Source: Octopus bimaculoides
Taxonomy: Eukaryota
Direction of reading: 5' to 3'
DNA: 52,523 nucleotides
NCBI RefSeq assembly: GCF_001194135.2
Contig: NC_068987.1
Span: forward strand, 16,297,738 to 16,350,260
Of the stretch, positions 35,994-50,333 are shown one piece after another. Position numbers and translations under genes: made by a program. Below the pieces are notes generated by a model that saw nothing but the letters and a program-made list of their open reading frames with translations, was not told the DNA's origin and made no database searches. Position 1 is the first letter of the stretch, and each line of letters begins with the position of its first letter.

Positions 35994-37744
35994 TCGGACA
36001 CGTAGACACAGAGACCCACACGCACACACAGACACATACACAAAGGCAATGATATCAAATGTTTCCCCGCAAGGTAACTTTAAAAAAAGGATACAATTGA
36101 AATTACACAACTGAGATAGCCACTCTGACGAAAAAAAAAAAAACCGAAAAAAGCTCACAGATAATATCAAACCCAATGCAGTTATGCTACAAACAGCAGT
36201 TATAAGATTAGCATAAAAAAAAAGATCATAAAAATTGGAAGATCACCTGCGCATGCGAGGAGCACACCTTGTTATCGTAGCGAATTCCAGCCATCACTGT
36301 AATTAATATACGCACCTGAAACCGCCTGAGATTAAAATACCGCTGAGTCTATAACGCTTATAAAAATGTATATAACAAACGTGAAACAGTATTTTGTCTC
36401 GATAAATATTTTCTGAGACACAATATTGCAGCTAGTGCCATTCTACGTTTGTATATACAAAACAGTAATTTGTGTATAATGTTCAAAATAGATACATCGT
36501 TGACAGTTTGATTCTGATATTAAATGCGGTTTATTCATCTTAAGATAGCATCTCTTATAAACGTACAATGTTAAAAAAACACAAATGTATCAGTAGCAGG
36601 CAAAAATCGTTCAGTAGCTGCAATGGCATTGCTAAATGTGTATATCTGCTTCATTGAGCTTCGTCAGTTGCTAGTGTCCACTGGCAACCGGATGCTAAGA
36701 CATATGAATATAATAAAGAAGGGATTAAAATATCACTGATGTTGCAATTAGCTGGTAGGTTGAATAAAAGTCCTTGATCCTCACTAGGTCATGACCAAGT
36801 CCTTCGATGGCTGCTTTATCCGAATGCTACAAATGGCCGTCAGTGTTAGCTAGAAATAGATAATAACTGGTGAAGTGATCGTCTACTATCCAATAAGAAA
36901 GCGGAAAGAAGGCTGCGGATACAACAAGGGTTGTTCGTTAGAGTACTCATCATCTGGGAAAGTAGGTACTTTCTCCCAAAGCTGTTAAGACTACAACGAA
37001 GGGCAACAATGCTTCGACTCGATGAAGAACTCCGGTTATTGATGGTGGAACGGAATATGTGGCACATCTGTCATCGTCTATTCTCAATCAGTTCTTAAGT
37101 AGAGTTATGAGACAAAGTGTGTGTCAAGGCTGTAATTTTGAAATTACGGGTATAATCTACCCGGTGGGTAAATTATATAGTTTTCGTCTACCAAGTTTCA
37201 CTCATCAAGTATGGGTTGCTCCGAGGATGCAGGAAGTTGTAGTTGATGACGACAGCGACGACGACGATTATGACGAGGGCGATGATGACGCTGACCATGA
37301 TGATGGAGATAGTAGCAATAATAATGAGAATGATAATGATGGTGATAGAGGTGGTAGTGATGGTGATGATAATGATGATGGTGATAATGACTATGACGAT
37401 GATGGTGAAATAGTGTCGATAGCTTCAGACAGTTTTAGTAACGCCAGTGAATTGCCAACAACTTGTCAAATTAAATTACAATTCCCCTGCCCCACCGTCA
37501 CTGCTTCTGAGGTTATGTGTTTACTTACGACCAAAGAAGACTGTTTCAGGTTAATACTTAAATTAATGAGGACATATAATTAGAAATTAAATTATCACTG
37601 TTTTGTGTCTCTTTAAAGTAAATAAATGTGGGGCACCTCTACCTCTCATCTATTGAAAACTAATTACCCTGCATTCAAATATGAATCTCTCCAATGACGA
37701 AATTATTAGAAAATTAAATGTACAAAAAAAAAAATGTCGTTTGT

Positions 37745-38040
37745 TCCTTCTCGAACCATGCCTAGCTCTTAACCGTCGATTTACCGGTTTCATTGGCTTA
37801 TAGGTTCCCCACCTGGACGGGACGCCGGTATGTCGCAGATGAGCTGCTAGATGCAGGAGGAAAGAGTGATAGAAAGCTGTGGTGAAAGAGTCAGCAGAGG
37901 TTCGCCATTATCTTCTGCCGGAACCATGTGGAGCTCAGGTGTTTCGCTCATAAACACACACATCGCCCAGTCTGAGAATCGAACTCATGATTCCTCGACC
38001 GCGAGTCCGTTACTCTAATCACTAGGCCATATGCCACCAC
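37745..38040 (-). mobile_element. tRNA-derived SINE related to 17620-18002
   Basis: AAAG(C/T)TGTGGTGAAAGAGT..GGTTCGCCA..GGAGCT..GGTGTTT..GCTCA shared. Confidence 0.75.
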
Positions 38041-38309
38041 GAAAAAAAAATGCTTTAAGGTAAAATATAAATTCATATACATTTACATAACAACGAATTT
38101 GAAAAATTGGCCCCATATTTTTCTAATTAGAAAGGAGTTCTGCAAGGCCCTCTCTCTGCCTTTGGGAATACCGTTTTGTAAAGGGAGTTCAGCAAAGTTC
38201 TCTTGGTCCTGTTTAACAAAATTCTTGCTCAAGGACAGCGTACGCTCAGAAATCAAACTCGCGACCTTACGATTGTGAACCGATTACGCTAATTACTAAA
38301 CCACGCGCC

Positions 38310-38367
<58 letters not shown>

Positions 38368-38610
38368 NNNNNNNNNNNNNNNNNNNNNNNNNNNNNNNNN
38401 NNNNNNNNNNNNNNNNNNNNNNNNNNNNNNNNNNNNNNNNNNNNNNNNNNNNNNNNNNNNNNNNNNNNNNNNNNNNNNNNNNNNNNNNNNNNNNNNNNNN
38501 NNNNNNNNNNNNNNNNNNNNNNNNNNNNNNNNNNNNNNNNNNNNNNNNNNNNNNNNNNNNNNNNNNNNNNNNNNNNNNNNNNNNNNNNNNNNNNNNNNNN
38601 NNNNNNNNNN

Positions 38611-38673
<63 letters not shown>

Positions 38674-39384
38674 GTGAAGGTGTGTGGTTTAGTGGTTAGA
38701 GTATGTATGTATGTATGTATGTACACTGGACACAAGACCAATCAAATTTAATGAGGAACGAGAAAATGCTATGGTGTAATTACATTGCTACGAAAGTGAA
38801 GCGAAATAAATCTAGACTTACATTTGGGAGGTGACGCTAGGCTGTGGACTCAAGTCATTAAGAGCTCACTTTTTATTTTATGCTACCCAACTATTTGGTG
38901 TAAAATTTGGCAAAAACCATTTACAAGACGTAAATGTTGAAATCACCCAACTTTACTTCAAAACATATACGCATATATACATGTCGACATATAATCACAC
39001 GCACTTATACATATATGAACACACACACACACATACACGTACATATGCACATAGGCATACACATACATATACACCCACCCAGACATGAACATGGTGGTCG
39101 TGTAATAAAATATATAGACTTTATTACTTCTCTTTAATAAAAGGTCAGGTTTTCTTTGGTGGTATTGATTTACTTTATACATACATAAATACACACACAC
39201 AAACACACACAAACACACACAAATACATACATACATTCATACATACGTATATACATACGTATATACATACATATATACACACATACTTATATATATACAC
39301 GTGTACATATATGCATATATGAATACATATACATACACACTCACATAAATATACACACATATGTACATATGTGTGATACACGTA

Positions 39385-39460
<76 letters not shown>

Positions 39461-40429
39461 CACCCACGTATGTGTGATACATGTATATATATATATATAT
39501 ATATACACACACGCACATATGTACATAAGTGTGTGATACACATACACACATATATGCATACATACATACATACATGCATGCATACATACACACACACATG
39601 TATGCGTTCGGTATATTTAGTTATTCAATCATTCCAATGTTTGTGTCTGTTAGAATTAATACACAGCCAATCACATCAACATTTATCTTATATTCATAGA
39701 AAGAATATATTTAAACGTCTTCTGAAAGGTCAAAGGCGACTTTATGTGTTTACTCTGTGATGTTGTGTTGACGTTAGCAATTAACAATGAACAAGCAATT
39801 AACCAAACAAACTATACGTAAGTAAATGTAATTAGATATCTCGCTATGTTAAATTAACTTATAAGTCTGAAGCGAGTATTTCATGTTTTAATATCCGTGG
39901 TACGCCAATGACTCGAACGTTGATTGTAAAATTGGCAGCTAGGTTTGTTTTGTCAGCATCCTTTCATCCATCCCCACGTACTGATATAACCGTATAACCA
40001 TATAATGATATAACCATATGATATAACCATATAACATGGTTATCTCATCTCATTTGGACCTCTCAGTGACTTAGACAAGTATGAGACGTTTGTGCCCAGG
40101 CATTTCGGCGCCACCTCTTTGGCGTAGCTGATTCGACGCTGACTGATTTGACAAAAGATATTTTAATGTTTCACTCTTTTTAATGTTTCTCCTATCCTTT
40201 CTCCACCTCACTTTCTGTTTATCTGCGTGAGCATAAGTCTCTTTATGTGTATGAGGAGAAGAAAAGTGTTTATGTCAATCGTGTTCAAATTAATAAATTG
40301 TACTCTCCCTCTCCCCCTCTCTCTCTGCATGTGTATATTTCTGCGTGCATATGTGTGTGTGTGTGTATTCGTCCGTTTGCCTCCAGTGCCAAAAAGTACT
40401 GTCGTCCAAACAAGTTCAATGCCCTATTA

Positions 40430-40600
40430 GCCGTGCCAACTCATCAGCGTTGAAGCAACTGCGTACAATCATCTTATTCCAGACTTAGATGCTGCATTAA
40501 CATCGTTGTTAAAAGCCAATATCGTAGGGAAGTTTACTTGCTGGAATAGTTGGAAAGTGGTCAGATATGGGGAGTTCAGAGTGGCAGGCCCAGTTGATCT
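40430..40600 (-). mobile_element. Degenerate Tc1/mariner remnant (SPDL region)
   Basis: AACTCCCCATATCTGACC (NSPYLT, about NSPDLT) preceded by a frameshifted WPA-like segment. Confidence 0.3.
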
Positions 40601-41159
40601 TGCTCAAAGATAGAGAACGAGATCTCAGTATTTCCGTCGATCGATATAGTGGGGATGNNNNNNNNNNNNNNNNNNNNNNNNNNNNNNNNNNNNNNNNNNN
40701 NNNNNNNNNNNNNNNNNNNNNNNNNNNNNNNNNNNNNNNNNNNNNNNNNNNNNNNNNNNNNNNNNNNNNNNNNNNNNNNNNNNNNNNNNNNNNNNNNNNN
40801 NNNNNNNNNNNNNNNNNNNNNNNNNNNNNNNNNNNNNNNNNNNNNNNNNNNNNNNNNNNNNNNNNNNNNNNNNNNNNNNNNNNNNNNNNNNNNNNNNNNN
40901 NNNNNNNNNNNNNNNNNNNNNNNNNNNNNNNNNNNNNNNNNNNNNNNNNNNNNNNNNNNNNNNNNNNNNNNNNNNNNNNNNNNNNNNNNNNNNNNNNNNN
41001 NNNNNNNNNNNNNNNNNNNNNNNNNNNNNNNNNNNNNNNNNNNNNNNNNNNNNNNNNNNNNNNNNNNNNNNNNNNNNNNNNNNNNNNNNNNNNNNNNNNN
41101 NNNNNNNNNNNNNNNNNNNNNNNNNNNNNNNNNNNNGTGGAACTTCAGAAGTAGTAAAT

Positions 41160-41325
41160 TATCCAAACGAGGGGTAGACCGCAAGCTACTCTTCAGGCCA
41201 AGGATACCGTGTTGCTAACCGTATCGTATTTTGATACGGGAAAAGTTCACATTCACTACCTTCTGCGCCAATAAACCACTATTGATCATGAAAGTTTTTA
41301 GATCTTCTACGGATTGCTTGAAGCT
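41160..41325 (+). mobile_element. Degenerate mariner transposase remnant
   Basis: KDTVLLTVSYFDTGKVHIHYLL..TID resembles the KVMxTVFWDxKGVI segment. Confidence 0.4.
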
Positions 41326-41787
41326 CATTCTTGATCCTTGGATTTTATCTTTACACACACACACACACACACGCACACACAAGTACACACACACGCACAC
41401 ACAAGTACACACATACTATATATGTTTACGCACACACACATACAAACAGAAATATATGAAATGAAATGACGCTGATTATGAATATCAACAATATAGCTGA
41501 AAGTAAAATATCCCAAGAAAACATTTTAGGTACTACATACATATACGAAGAATTCCCTTTAGAAGTGTTTAAAATCTGAAATCATCAAACAAGGGAGATA
41601 ACACTGGTAAGATCAGTTAAGTAAAGTTCTTGGTAATTAAGGACAAATTTCTGTTGTGGAAAAGTATTGGAATTTCTAAAAAGCATAAAAACTCAAACAA
41701 AAACCAAAAAAAGAAGAAAAACCAAAGAAAAGAAAAGTTAATCGGTTTAGATAAACAATGCAAAAAATGAAATTTAGTATGGATTAC

Positions 41788-41848
41788 CTGCAGACTTTTC
41801 GATTGTTTGATCTGTTGCACGTTCCATTATTCTTGCAACTGCAGCCAA
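41788..41848 (-). CDS. Exon: EGF-like module 1, N-terminal half (xGCSCKNNGTCNRSNNRKVCR), phase 1 to 2
   Basis: Minus strand tatattttag|TTGGCTGC...GTCTGCAG|gtaatc; 61 nt; open; C-x-C-x5-C-x8-C; joins in frame to 35517. Confidence 0.9.
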
Positions 41849-42002
41849 CTAAAATATATAAGGTAAAACGACAGCTTATTAGTATTAGTAGAGATTATAC
41901 ATAAATATATATGAAAATAATGGTGTTAGATGAGCAATCTGAGAAAACACAGACACACACAGAAAGAAAAAGAGAGAGGGAGAGAGAAAGAGAGTGAGAA
42001 AA

Positions 42003-42033
<31 letters not shown>

Positions 42034-42081
42034 GATGCATTGCCAGGAAATCGATCAAATACACTAAAAACTAACGTTTAC

Positions 42082-42145
42082 CTCTAGCATTGGTCAGTCG
42101 AAAACGATCAAGTTTTGTCCAAGAAAGTACGTCTTGGAAATATCT
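42082..42145 (-). CDS. Candidate upstream exon A (RYFQDVLSWTKLDRFRLTNAR), phase 0 to 1
   Basis: ttaaatttttgcag|AGATAT...GCTAGAG|gtaaac; open and phase-compatible with 41848; no recognisable domain. Confidence 0.45.
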
Positions 42146-42238
42146 CTGCAAAAATTTAACGGACTGGGCGACGAACCCTATCTTAGCTTTTGCCGTTAGG
42201 TTTCTCTACGGTCTGATAACCCCTTTCACGTATCTCAC

Positions 42239-42323
42239 TGTGTGTAGAATATTGCCAGCCGTCAATCGGGGACGGGTATGCCATGGAGATATGTACCATG
42301 CCCACGCTTATTGTTTTAAATGC
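42239..42323 (-). CDS. Candidate upstream exon B (AFKTISVGMVHISMAYPSPIDGWQYSTH), phase 0 to 1
   Basis: gttcatgactacacag|GCATTT...ACACACA|gtgaga; open and phase-compatible with 41848. Confidence 0.4.
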
Positions 42324-42984
42324 CTGTGTAGTCATGAACAAACATGGACAATTTCTCGGCCCTCTCAGCCTTGACGCGATGTAACATGCAAGAGAGGTGG
42401 AGAGAGAGAGAGAGAGAGAGAGAGCGCTGAACTAATACTTTGCTGATANNNNNNNNNNGAGAGAGAGAGAGCGCTGAACTAATACTTTGCTGATACTCAT
42501 TTATAGCTGAGTAGAATGGAGCAACCAATGTAAAATGAAGTGCCTTGTTCAAGGACACAATGCATTATATGACCCAGGAATTGAACCCACGACATTATGA
42601 TCATGAACCAAGCACCTTAACCACGAGGCCACACGCCTTTACGAACATTTCAATTACTTCTTACAAAAAATATTAAAAAACCAGAAACACTTCAAAATAC
42701 CTTCGAATCATTCATCAGTTTTAGGACTCCAGAATTCTATGCTTTTGAAAGAAATAAACTTATCTCTCTACGGCAGAATTGTGGAGATACTAAAATTATT
42801 ATATCGATTAATAAAATATACTGTGAGCAGAGATACATTGGTTTTAAATCTGAAGACGAAAAAGCGTAAATATTTTAGCATCAAGCAGATATACAAAACG
42901 CATTCCAGATGTTTTGAGACTTTTCAGAAGAGACATTAATTAATTTCAATGAAATACAAATCTCTAATCTCATCCAAAGCACGA

Positions 42985-43085
42985 GAAGGGTCCTCTAACT
43001 TCGTGAAGGTTCCATGAAAGTTCTCCAAAGTGAACGTGTCCAGGACTCTTGTCACAGCCCCCTTAATCTTCTCTGACAACTTGGG
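42985..43085 (-). mobile_element. Mariner transposase C-terminal remnant
   Basis: FPKLSEKIKGAVTRVLDTFTLENFHGTFTKL resembles mariner C-termini. Confidence 0.6.
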
Positions 43086-43406
43086 AACTCCCCATATCTG
43101 ACCTCTTTTAGAGGCAGAGATAATTTTAATAAATTAAGAATTTATATTGTAAGGTATTTGATATATCTGTATTCGTCTATGTTGCTCAAATACACGCCAC
43201 TTATCCGAGTAATTTCTCTTTGCTCATTTTTGTTTAAGTTAGGCAAATTCCCTAGTCCATAAACGTGTTCTTTGTTTTATGTAAGTCTATATCCCTTGGC
43301 TACTGGGGACAAGGTCGGGCAATTGTCTTACATATATACATATACATACGTACAACCGGTCAAATAGATAGACAGATATATCGACGAACAGAAAGGTACA
43401 TATTGC

Positions 43407-43672
43407 TGAGACCCCCTTCGGTCATGACTGACCATGGGATTGCACCTAGAAAGTTACCCCCCACCAGGCACAAGTCCGGGCAAGGTTGTCTATGGAAGAC
43501 CAGCAGTCACCCATGCATACCAGCCTCTTCTCTCCACGCCACCAGTGTTATCCAAGGGAAAGGCAAAGGGGCCGATACAGCTTGGCACCAGTGACGTCGC
43601 AACTCATTTCTACAGCTGAGTGAACTGGAGCAACGTGAAATAAAGTGTCTTGCTCAAGCACACAACACGCAG
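43407..43672 (-). mobile_element. Family-C SINE
   Basis: Closely similar to 13795-14092. Confidence 0.8.
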
Positions 43673-43679
43673 CCCACAT

Positions 43680-43882
43680 ATACTTTTCTACTCTAGCTAC
43701 AAGGCCCAAAGTATTTTTGGGAGGGGGACCAGTCGATCCCAACTGGTATTTAATTTATCGACTACGAAAGGATGAAAGGCAAAGTCGACCTTGGCGGAAT
43801 TTGAACTCAGAAAGTAAAGACGGACGAAATACCGCTAAGCATTTCGTCCGGCGTGCTAATGTTTCTGCCAGCTCGCCGCCTT
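43680..43882 (-). mobile_element. Family-A SINE
   Basis: Reverse complement of the same consensus. Confidence 0.85.
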
Positions 43883-44091
43883 ACATATATATGCACTGAA
43901 AAAGAAATGAATATGGACGAACATTAGATAGACAGACAGATAGGTATATAGATATGAAGACTGACAGCTGGCTAGTTAACTAGACTGGCAAAAGTATAGA
44001 CACTTACACAGACAGACACAGACACACGCGCACACACACAATATATATATGTGCATACACAGAGAGTGAGAAAACCGTTAGGGTGGCAAAC

Positions 44092-44139
<48 letters not shown>

Positions 44140-44190
44140 ATGAGAGAGAAAAAGAGAGAGCGTGAGAGAGACAGATACAAACATAGACAT

Positions 44191-44246
<56 letters not shown>

Positions 44247-45989
44247 ACCAACTAAACAAAGGCTTTCATTGCTAATGTTAACCCACCTGGATAGTAAATA
44301 ATGGAAAAAGTCAGTCAATAGCTAGCTTATTTACTTCTATCGCACCTCAATCTCCAGCAAAAAACGAAAAGCCAAAACAGAAAACAAAAAACAAAAATGC
44401 AGACATCTCCCTCCACTAACAAATGTAGGAAACAATGTTAGTTTGAATTCCACCACGAACCATCAACCATCAACCATCAAAGATAAACAGAAGCAAAACG
44501 TACAGGGAAACATAAATGAAATTAAAACAGCTTACGTAGACATATAGTTATACATATACAAAGAAAGAAATAATCACACACATATACACATGTAGTTGTG
44601 TATGGATGCGTTTGTACATATGTACATATATATAGATACTTATACATATGTGTGTGAGTGTGTGTGTTCATTGGTATTACGCAAGCCTTTACAAAGTTAA
44701 GTAAATATGTATATCTGTGTTTTGTGTGACATATTATAATAATGTTCGTTTTTTTTTTTATATACCTTGACTGCTTGTTTCTGTTTAATGTTGATGGTTG
44801 GTAGCAGACCGTTGTGAAATTCAATCACTGGGTACCTCTACACACCACACACACGTGTATGTGTGTGTGTGTGTGTAATTTGTTACTTTTTTGAGTTTCA
44901 CAAAAGTACTTTAGTTACAAATCCGAGAGGTTTGCTTCAGAAATTAGTTTTTTTAAAAAAAATAAAACCACTCCCCATCACACATAAACCCACCTATATA
45001 CTTAAAAACATTTATGTACACACACACACACACACCTATATATATATNNNNNNNNNNNNNNNNNNNNNNNNNNNNNNNNNNNNNNNNNNNNNNNNNNNNN
45101 NNNNNNNNNNNNNNNNNNNNNNNNNNNNNNNNNNNNNNNNNNNNNNNNNNNNNNNNNNNNNNNNNNNNNNNNNNNNNNNNNNNNNNNNNNNNNNNNNNNN
45201 NNNNNNNNNNNNNNNNNNNNNNNNNNNNNNNNNNNNNNNNNNNNNNNNNNNNNNNNNNNNNNNNNNNNNNNNNNNNNNNNNNNNNNNNNNNNNNNNNNNN
45301 NNNNNNNNNNNNATATATATATATATATATATATATAAGTATATATATACCTTTGTATACACATGTTATGCATACACGTATTCACACACACACATGTATG
45401 TATGTATGTATATGTGTTTCTGAAGAAAATCTAGAATTTGAAACAAACGTACTTGTATAAAACTTACGATAGTATATACAATAATTATTCTAACTTGTTT
45501 TTCTATTGAGTCATTTAATGAATGACCTGTTCACTAATTCTTTGTATTAAGTTAAAGAACAGTATACATACACACGCGCATAAATACATACATACATAAA
45601 TATATACATACATACATAGACAAATACTAGCCTTTTATAAATAAAATCTTCGAAATATATCATGGGTCAACGTCTCATTAAACAGTAAGTCCAACAAAAG
45701 TGTCTTATTACATTACAGGGAGTGATAATAAATATATGTAACTTAAGATAAATCTATTTTGTATAGTTGTGTATTTGGTGCTGAATCTTATATTTTTCTC
45801 ATTGTATGAAGATTTTATTCGAATGTTTAATTTCTCATAGTTTGGTATTTAATTTCGTCTGAAAGATATTGATCAGTTTTCGAAATTCAATACCACTTAA
45901 TAATGAAAACAGTTAGAGTAGCTCATTTACAGACATGCATTTGTTAGATTTAAAGTTATACTCAAAGTTGTAATGCCTAATTACCCGCG

Positions 45990-46039
<50 letters not shown>

Positions 46040-47440
46040 CCTATCTGTCGGTCTGTCTGTTCATCCAAATTTCCATACAGCTCCTCAATCGAGCTATCTT
46101 CCTATCTATCTATCTGTCTATCCAGCTATCTAATCTATACGCCTTTCTATATACAACTATCTGCAATCATGTTTTCGCTCAATCTTCACTTTTATCCTCT
46201 GCTATTTCATTCTTTCATTTTTCTGTTTCTTTCGTTCTTTTTCTTCATTTTATCACTTCCGCTCTTTCTTTATAGTATCTTTATTCCTTTTAGAGTATCG
46301 TTTCTGCTTCATTTCTGTACTTCTTAGCCTGTTCTAGTTAGCAAAACAGATAAATTCTCCAGATGAATATCTGAGCCATTCTCCAAACCTCTGCTATTAC
46401 GTTAAAAAAAAAAAAAGCATCGAATCTCTCTAACTAACGTCTAGTACTTCACACTATGGGAGGACCCACCAAGTTCCTGGCTCGATCCTATGACTATTTT
46501 CTATTTCCTCGTATCGACCCATGCCTTGTGAGCAAAAGTGTATTGACGGAAATCGTTTAGAAGCCCGTGAGTTGGATTGTATCTGTCGTTCAAAAGGTAC
46601 CACCTTGACGAACGCTGTCTGAAAATCACTTGACAGGCACACATATCTGTGAAAAGCTCAGTCATTTTCACATTAATTCAGGGGCAGGTAATTCACTTGA
46701 TCGAAAAACTAGGCTCAATGTCGAAAACCATGGATGCACCACCAGCACCATCCATCCATCCATCCATCCATCCATCTATCCATCCATCCAAAGCACTCAG
46801 ATCATCCACTTACCTACCTGCCTCTCTCTCTCTCTCTATCTATCTTTTTCTGTCTGTCTATTTGTCTGTCTGTCTGTTTGTCTATCTATGCATGTGTGTG
46901 AGTCTGTTTTATGTGTATATATGTGCGTGCGTACGCAGGTATGTGTGAGTGTGTGTGTGTGTGTGTGTGCGTGCGTATACGATTGATGGATGGAACTGTA
47001 GCAGTTACAATGTAAATGTCATTGCCGTAGGACATATACTATATTATGAGGGCGTATACTATATTTGCTTAAGTATAAACGGTGCCCCGTACTATTGAGA
47101 GTTCCTTCAGTTATGCTTATCATACAGATCATACAGTGTCTAATGAAATGCCTAAATTCATTGTTTCTTTGATACATGAAGAGTTGGTCTCTTTCATTGG
47201 CCTGAGCACACCGGGGATTCTGCTTCCTGATGAGCTTGACAAATTTTCCAGCTGTTTCGGCTATTTTTGTATTGTTCTGAGATGTTTTGGTTAATGGCGT
47301 TATATCTCATGAAGGACGTATGTGTGTGTGTGTGTGTGTGTATGTATATATATAAGCATATACATATATATATACATATACATACATATATGTATATATA
47401 TATATATGTGTGTATGTCTATTTGTGTATATATGTGTATG

Positions 47441-47471
<31 letters not shown>

Positions 47472-47592
47472 CTATCTCTTTATATATACTTACTTATATA
47501 CACAGATAAATATATGTAAGTATATATATATATGTACATACGTACGTCTGTATGTTTGTATGTATGTATATATGCATGTATGTGTATATGTA

Positions 47593-47629
<37 letters not shown>

Positions 47630-47644
47630 TATATATATATAAAT

Positions 47645-47680
<36 letters not shown>

Positions 47681-48461
47681 GTACACACACACACATACAC
47701 ACACTTATATAGGTTAATTGGTATGTAGATAATTGATTTTGACACTTCTCTTTATTATTTATGCTACCATATTATCAAGAGACTTAACTATCTCAAATCT
47801 CCATCAAAGACTACAGCTACGAGTTAACATTAACTGCAATGCATCGGACTCGTTGGCTTCCGTTTGTTTCATTCCATCTACACTCAGATTTCAAACGCTA
47901 CCGGGAGTTGATATTCTCCAGCGTCCACCATATTGTTATTTATATTTATTTTAGTCACCATCGTTCTGTTATCGGTTTTTATCTTAGCCAGAGTTGTGCT
48001 GGAATTGATCAAGTTCATTTTACTGACCACCACCAACAGCATCACTGCCACCGTCGTCATCGAAACCAGGAGTACTGCCACCACTACGATGACAATGACC
48101 ACCCCTCCTCAGTGGCGGTTTGCGACAACCACATCAGAATTTGGACGGAGACGTGATTTCTGCGTGTTTTCGCTTCATCAGCAGTAGATATCCACTATCA
48201 TTGTTGGTGGACAAACTACGCCTCTACTGAATCATAGAAAAACAGTGACTAATCAGGCGATGATATCTTAAGTAGCTGGTGGATTGGGTAAAAATTATAT
48301 ATTAGCAACAGGAACAGTGTTAGTACCGAATAAAAACCTTCACAACCTACTTGACGCGGATGTATTGTAAGGACATCGTAATACTGCTGTATTCGTCTTG
48401 AGAGTAACTCTCATATAAACGTTTAGTGCTTAAAAGCATAGAAAAATATCAGTGGCAGACG

Positions 48462-48498
<37 letters not shown>

Positions 48499-48500
<2 letters not shown>

Positions 48501-48827
48501 ACTTGCTTCAGTCATTTGATTGGGGGAGGTTTTAACCGAACAAATCGAACCCAGAACTTGTAATTTTTTAAAGCCTGGTACTTATTCTATCTGTCTTTAT
48601 TGCCGAACCGCCAAGTTGCTGAGACGTGGCTACACCAACACCGGTTGTCAAGTGGTGATGGGGGAAAAACAGAGACACACACACGAACACACATATACGA
48701 CGGTTTTCTTTCAGTTTCTGTCTACCAAATCCACTCTCAAGATCTTGGTCGGCCCAAGGTGCCACGCAGTGTGACTGAACCCGGAACCTTGTGGTCGGGA
48801 AGCAAGCTTTTTACCACACAGCCACAC
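48499..48827 (-). mobile_element. Family-B SINE
   Basis: Same motifs, internal deletion. Confidence 0.8.
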
Positions 48828-49242
48828 GAACGTGTCAAATGGTCGTGTTCAACAAGTCAGCATATTAACTCTATCAACAAGTAAGCCGTGACGGAATTTT
48901 GAAATCAGAACGCAAACGAATGGTACAGTTACCGCAAGCTATCCGATCCGATGTTCTTAGAGTTCAACCAATCCACTGCTTTGGATTAATACTTTCGTTA
49001 ACGACTTTGAAAAAAAAAAAAAAAGACGACAGGCAAAGTTAATTATGGTAGGATCTGAACTCTGAGCACAGTGAAGTGGGACAAATATCGCAACGCATAA
49101 AATCCGACATTTTAACACTCTGAAAAATATCTGCTGGAAAATAGAAACGTCTGCAAGTTTGTGAGCTGACTTATGGAAAGTTACTTTTAGTAATGCAATT
49201 GGTTTTAATGGTCCCAATAGACCGGCCTAGTGATTATCAATA

Positions 49243-49478
49243 GTTATAATTTACAGCCTTACATTTGCTTATTTTCATGGAAGTGCCAATGAGTTTAAAA
49301 GTAAATAGGTATTGATTTGGCCTTTTTATGTTTAATCAATGCAGTCTTCATAAATTACGTTAGAGCCTCATTCTAAAATAATTCTGTTATACCTTCAGAG
49401 AAACCCTAGAGACAGATTTTGATTTAGACTTAGCTTAGTTTCATGAAAATAAGCAAATGTAAGGCTGTAAATTATAAC
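49243..49478. mobile_element. MITE with perfect inverted ends and TA flanks
   Basis: 49240-49279 ATAGTTATAATTTACAGCCTTACATTTGCTTATTTTCATG is the exact reverse complement of 49442-49481. Confidence 0.8.
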
Positions 49479-49548
49479 TATTTCATCAGCTTCAATGTTA
49501 GACATCATATATATATATATAGATAGATATATGCATATATATATATAT

Positions 49549-49605
<57 letters not shown>

Positions 49606-50014
49606 GACCGAAGTTAATATTTGTTATTATCCTAAATAATCCGCTGTGCATACAAGTGCGGATATATATGCGTATGTGCGCGCACGCGTGCGTGTGTTGA
49701 ATAAAACGTTTTTGGTAGTGGACAACATAAGATAATAATAATGACACCCTGTATATAGCAAATATCCTCCCCACCAAAAAAGATAACCACCACCAGCAGG
49801 CTAGGTACTCAGCGCATTACACACACAACACAAACATAAAATACAACAAAAGACTGCACCACGCCCCAGCAAAAATAGAAACTGACTCAATACAGTATCG
49901 GGAAGAGGTTGCACACTCCCAGCAACAAGAAGAACATACAATGCTGCACACACCCCAGCAATACGGAGGTGCAACGGGTGGTGCAGTAGAAATTTACCTG
50001 AAATTACCAAATGT

Positions 50015-50053
<39 letters not shown>

Positions 50054-50056
<3 letters not shown>

Positions 50057-50333
50057 CAAAAGAGCTGGAAACCCCCAAATGGCACAAATTCAAAAGATAG
50101 AGTTCATGGGAACTGCCCATATCCTGCATAAAATAGTGTCTATGTAATCTCAAATTTTAAAACAAACACATAATTTTCTGATGTTTTTTCAAACATTCTC
50201 TAGAACAATACTATGTGCAAAACCAAATATATGACACTCTAGGCATAATACCAACAAGAACTTCTAACTTGTTGTCTCTTGAGGTCTCTGGGTGAGACTT
50301 GGAGTCAACTTGTACGAAAACAAAGCAAAAGTC
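50054..50333 (+). mobile_element. 5'-truncated R4/Dong-like non-LTR retrotransposon 3' end (second family)
   Basis: PQMAQIQKIEFMGTAHILHKIVSM*, then a 3'UTR; (AAT)n on both sides. Confidence 0.75.

Noticed and set aside
36262-36280. TGCGCATGCG NRF1-like motif (near 36248-36257) and surrounding sequence
   Set aside because: Single short motif deep in an intron, expected by chance
36630-36670. Minus-strand CTGACGAA-GCT..AGC motif
   Set aside because: GAAA replaced by AGATA and no cleavage-site helix
42410-42495. Direct repeat of about 35 bp around a 10-N gap
   Set aside because: Contig-overlap artefact rather than biology
47060-47300. About 90-codon open frame on the minus strand faintly like Penelope ORF (GKFVKLIRK)
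   Set aside because: Similarity too weak to call by eye
47884-48102. Hydrophobic ORF with DAGEYQ resembling an Ig motif
   Set aside because: Hydrophobic part is a decayed (GTG/GAT)n repeat, the Ig cysteine is absent and there is no usable acceptor
48140-48185. Minus-strand CTGATGAA-GCG..CGC-A-GAAA hammerhead-like string
   Set aside because: No stem I, extra base before GAAA, poor stem III
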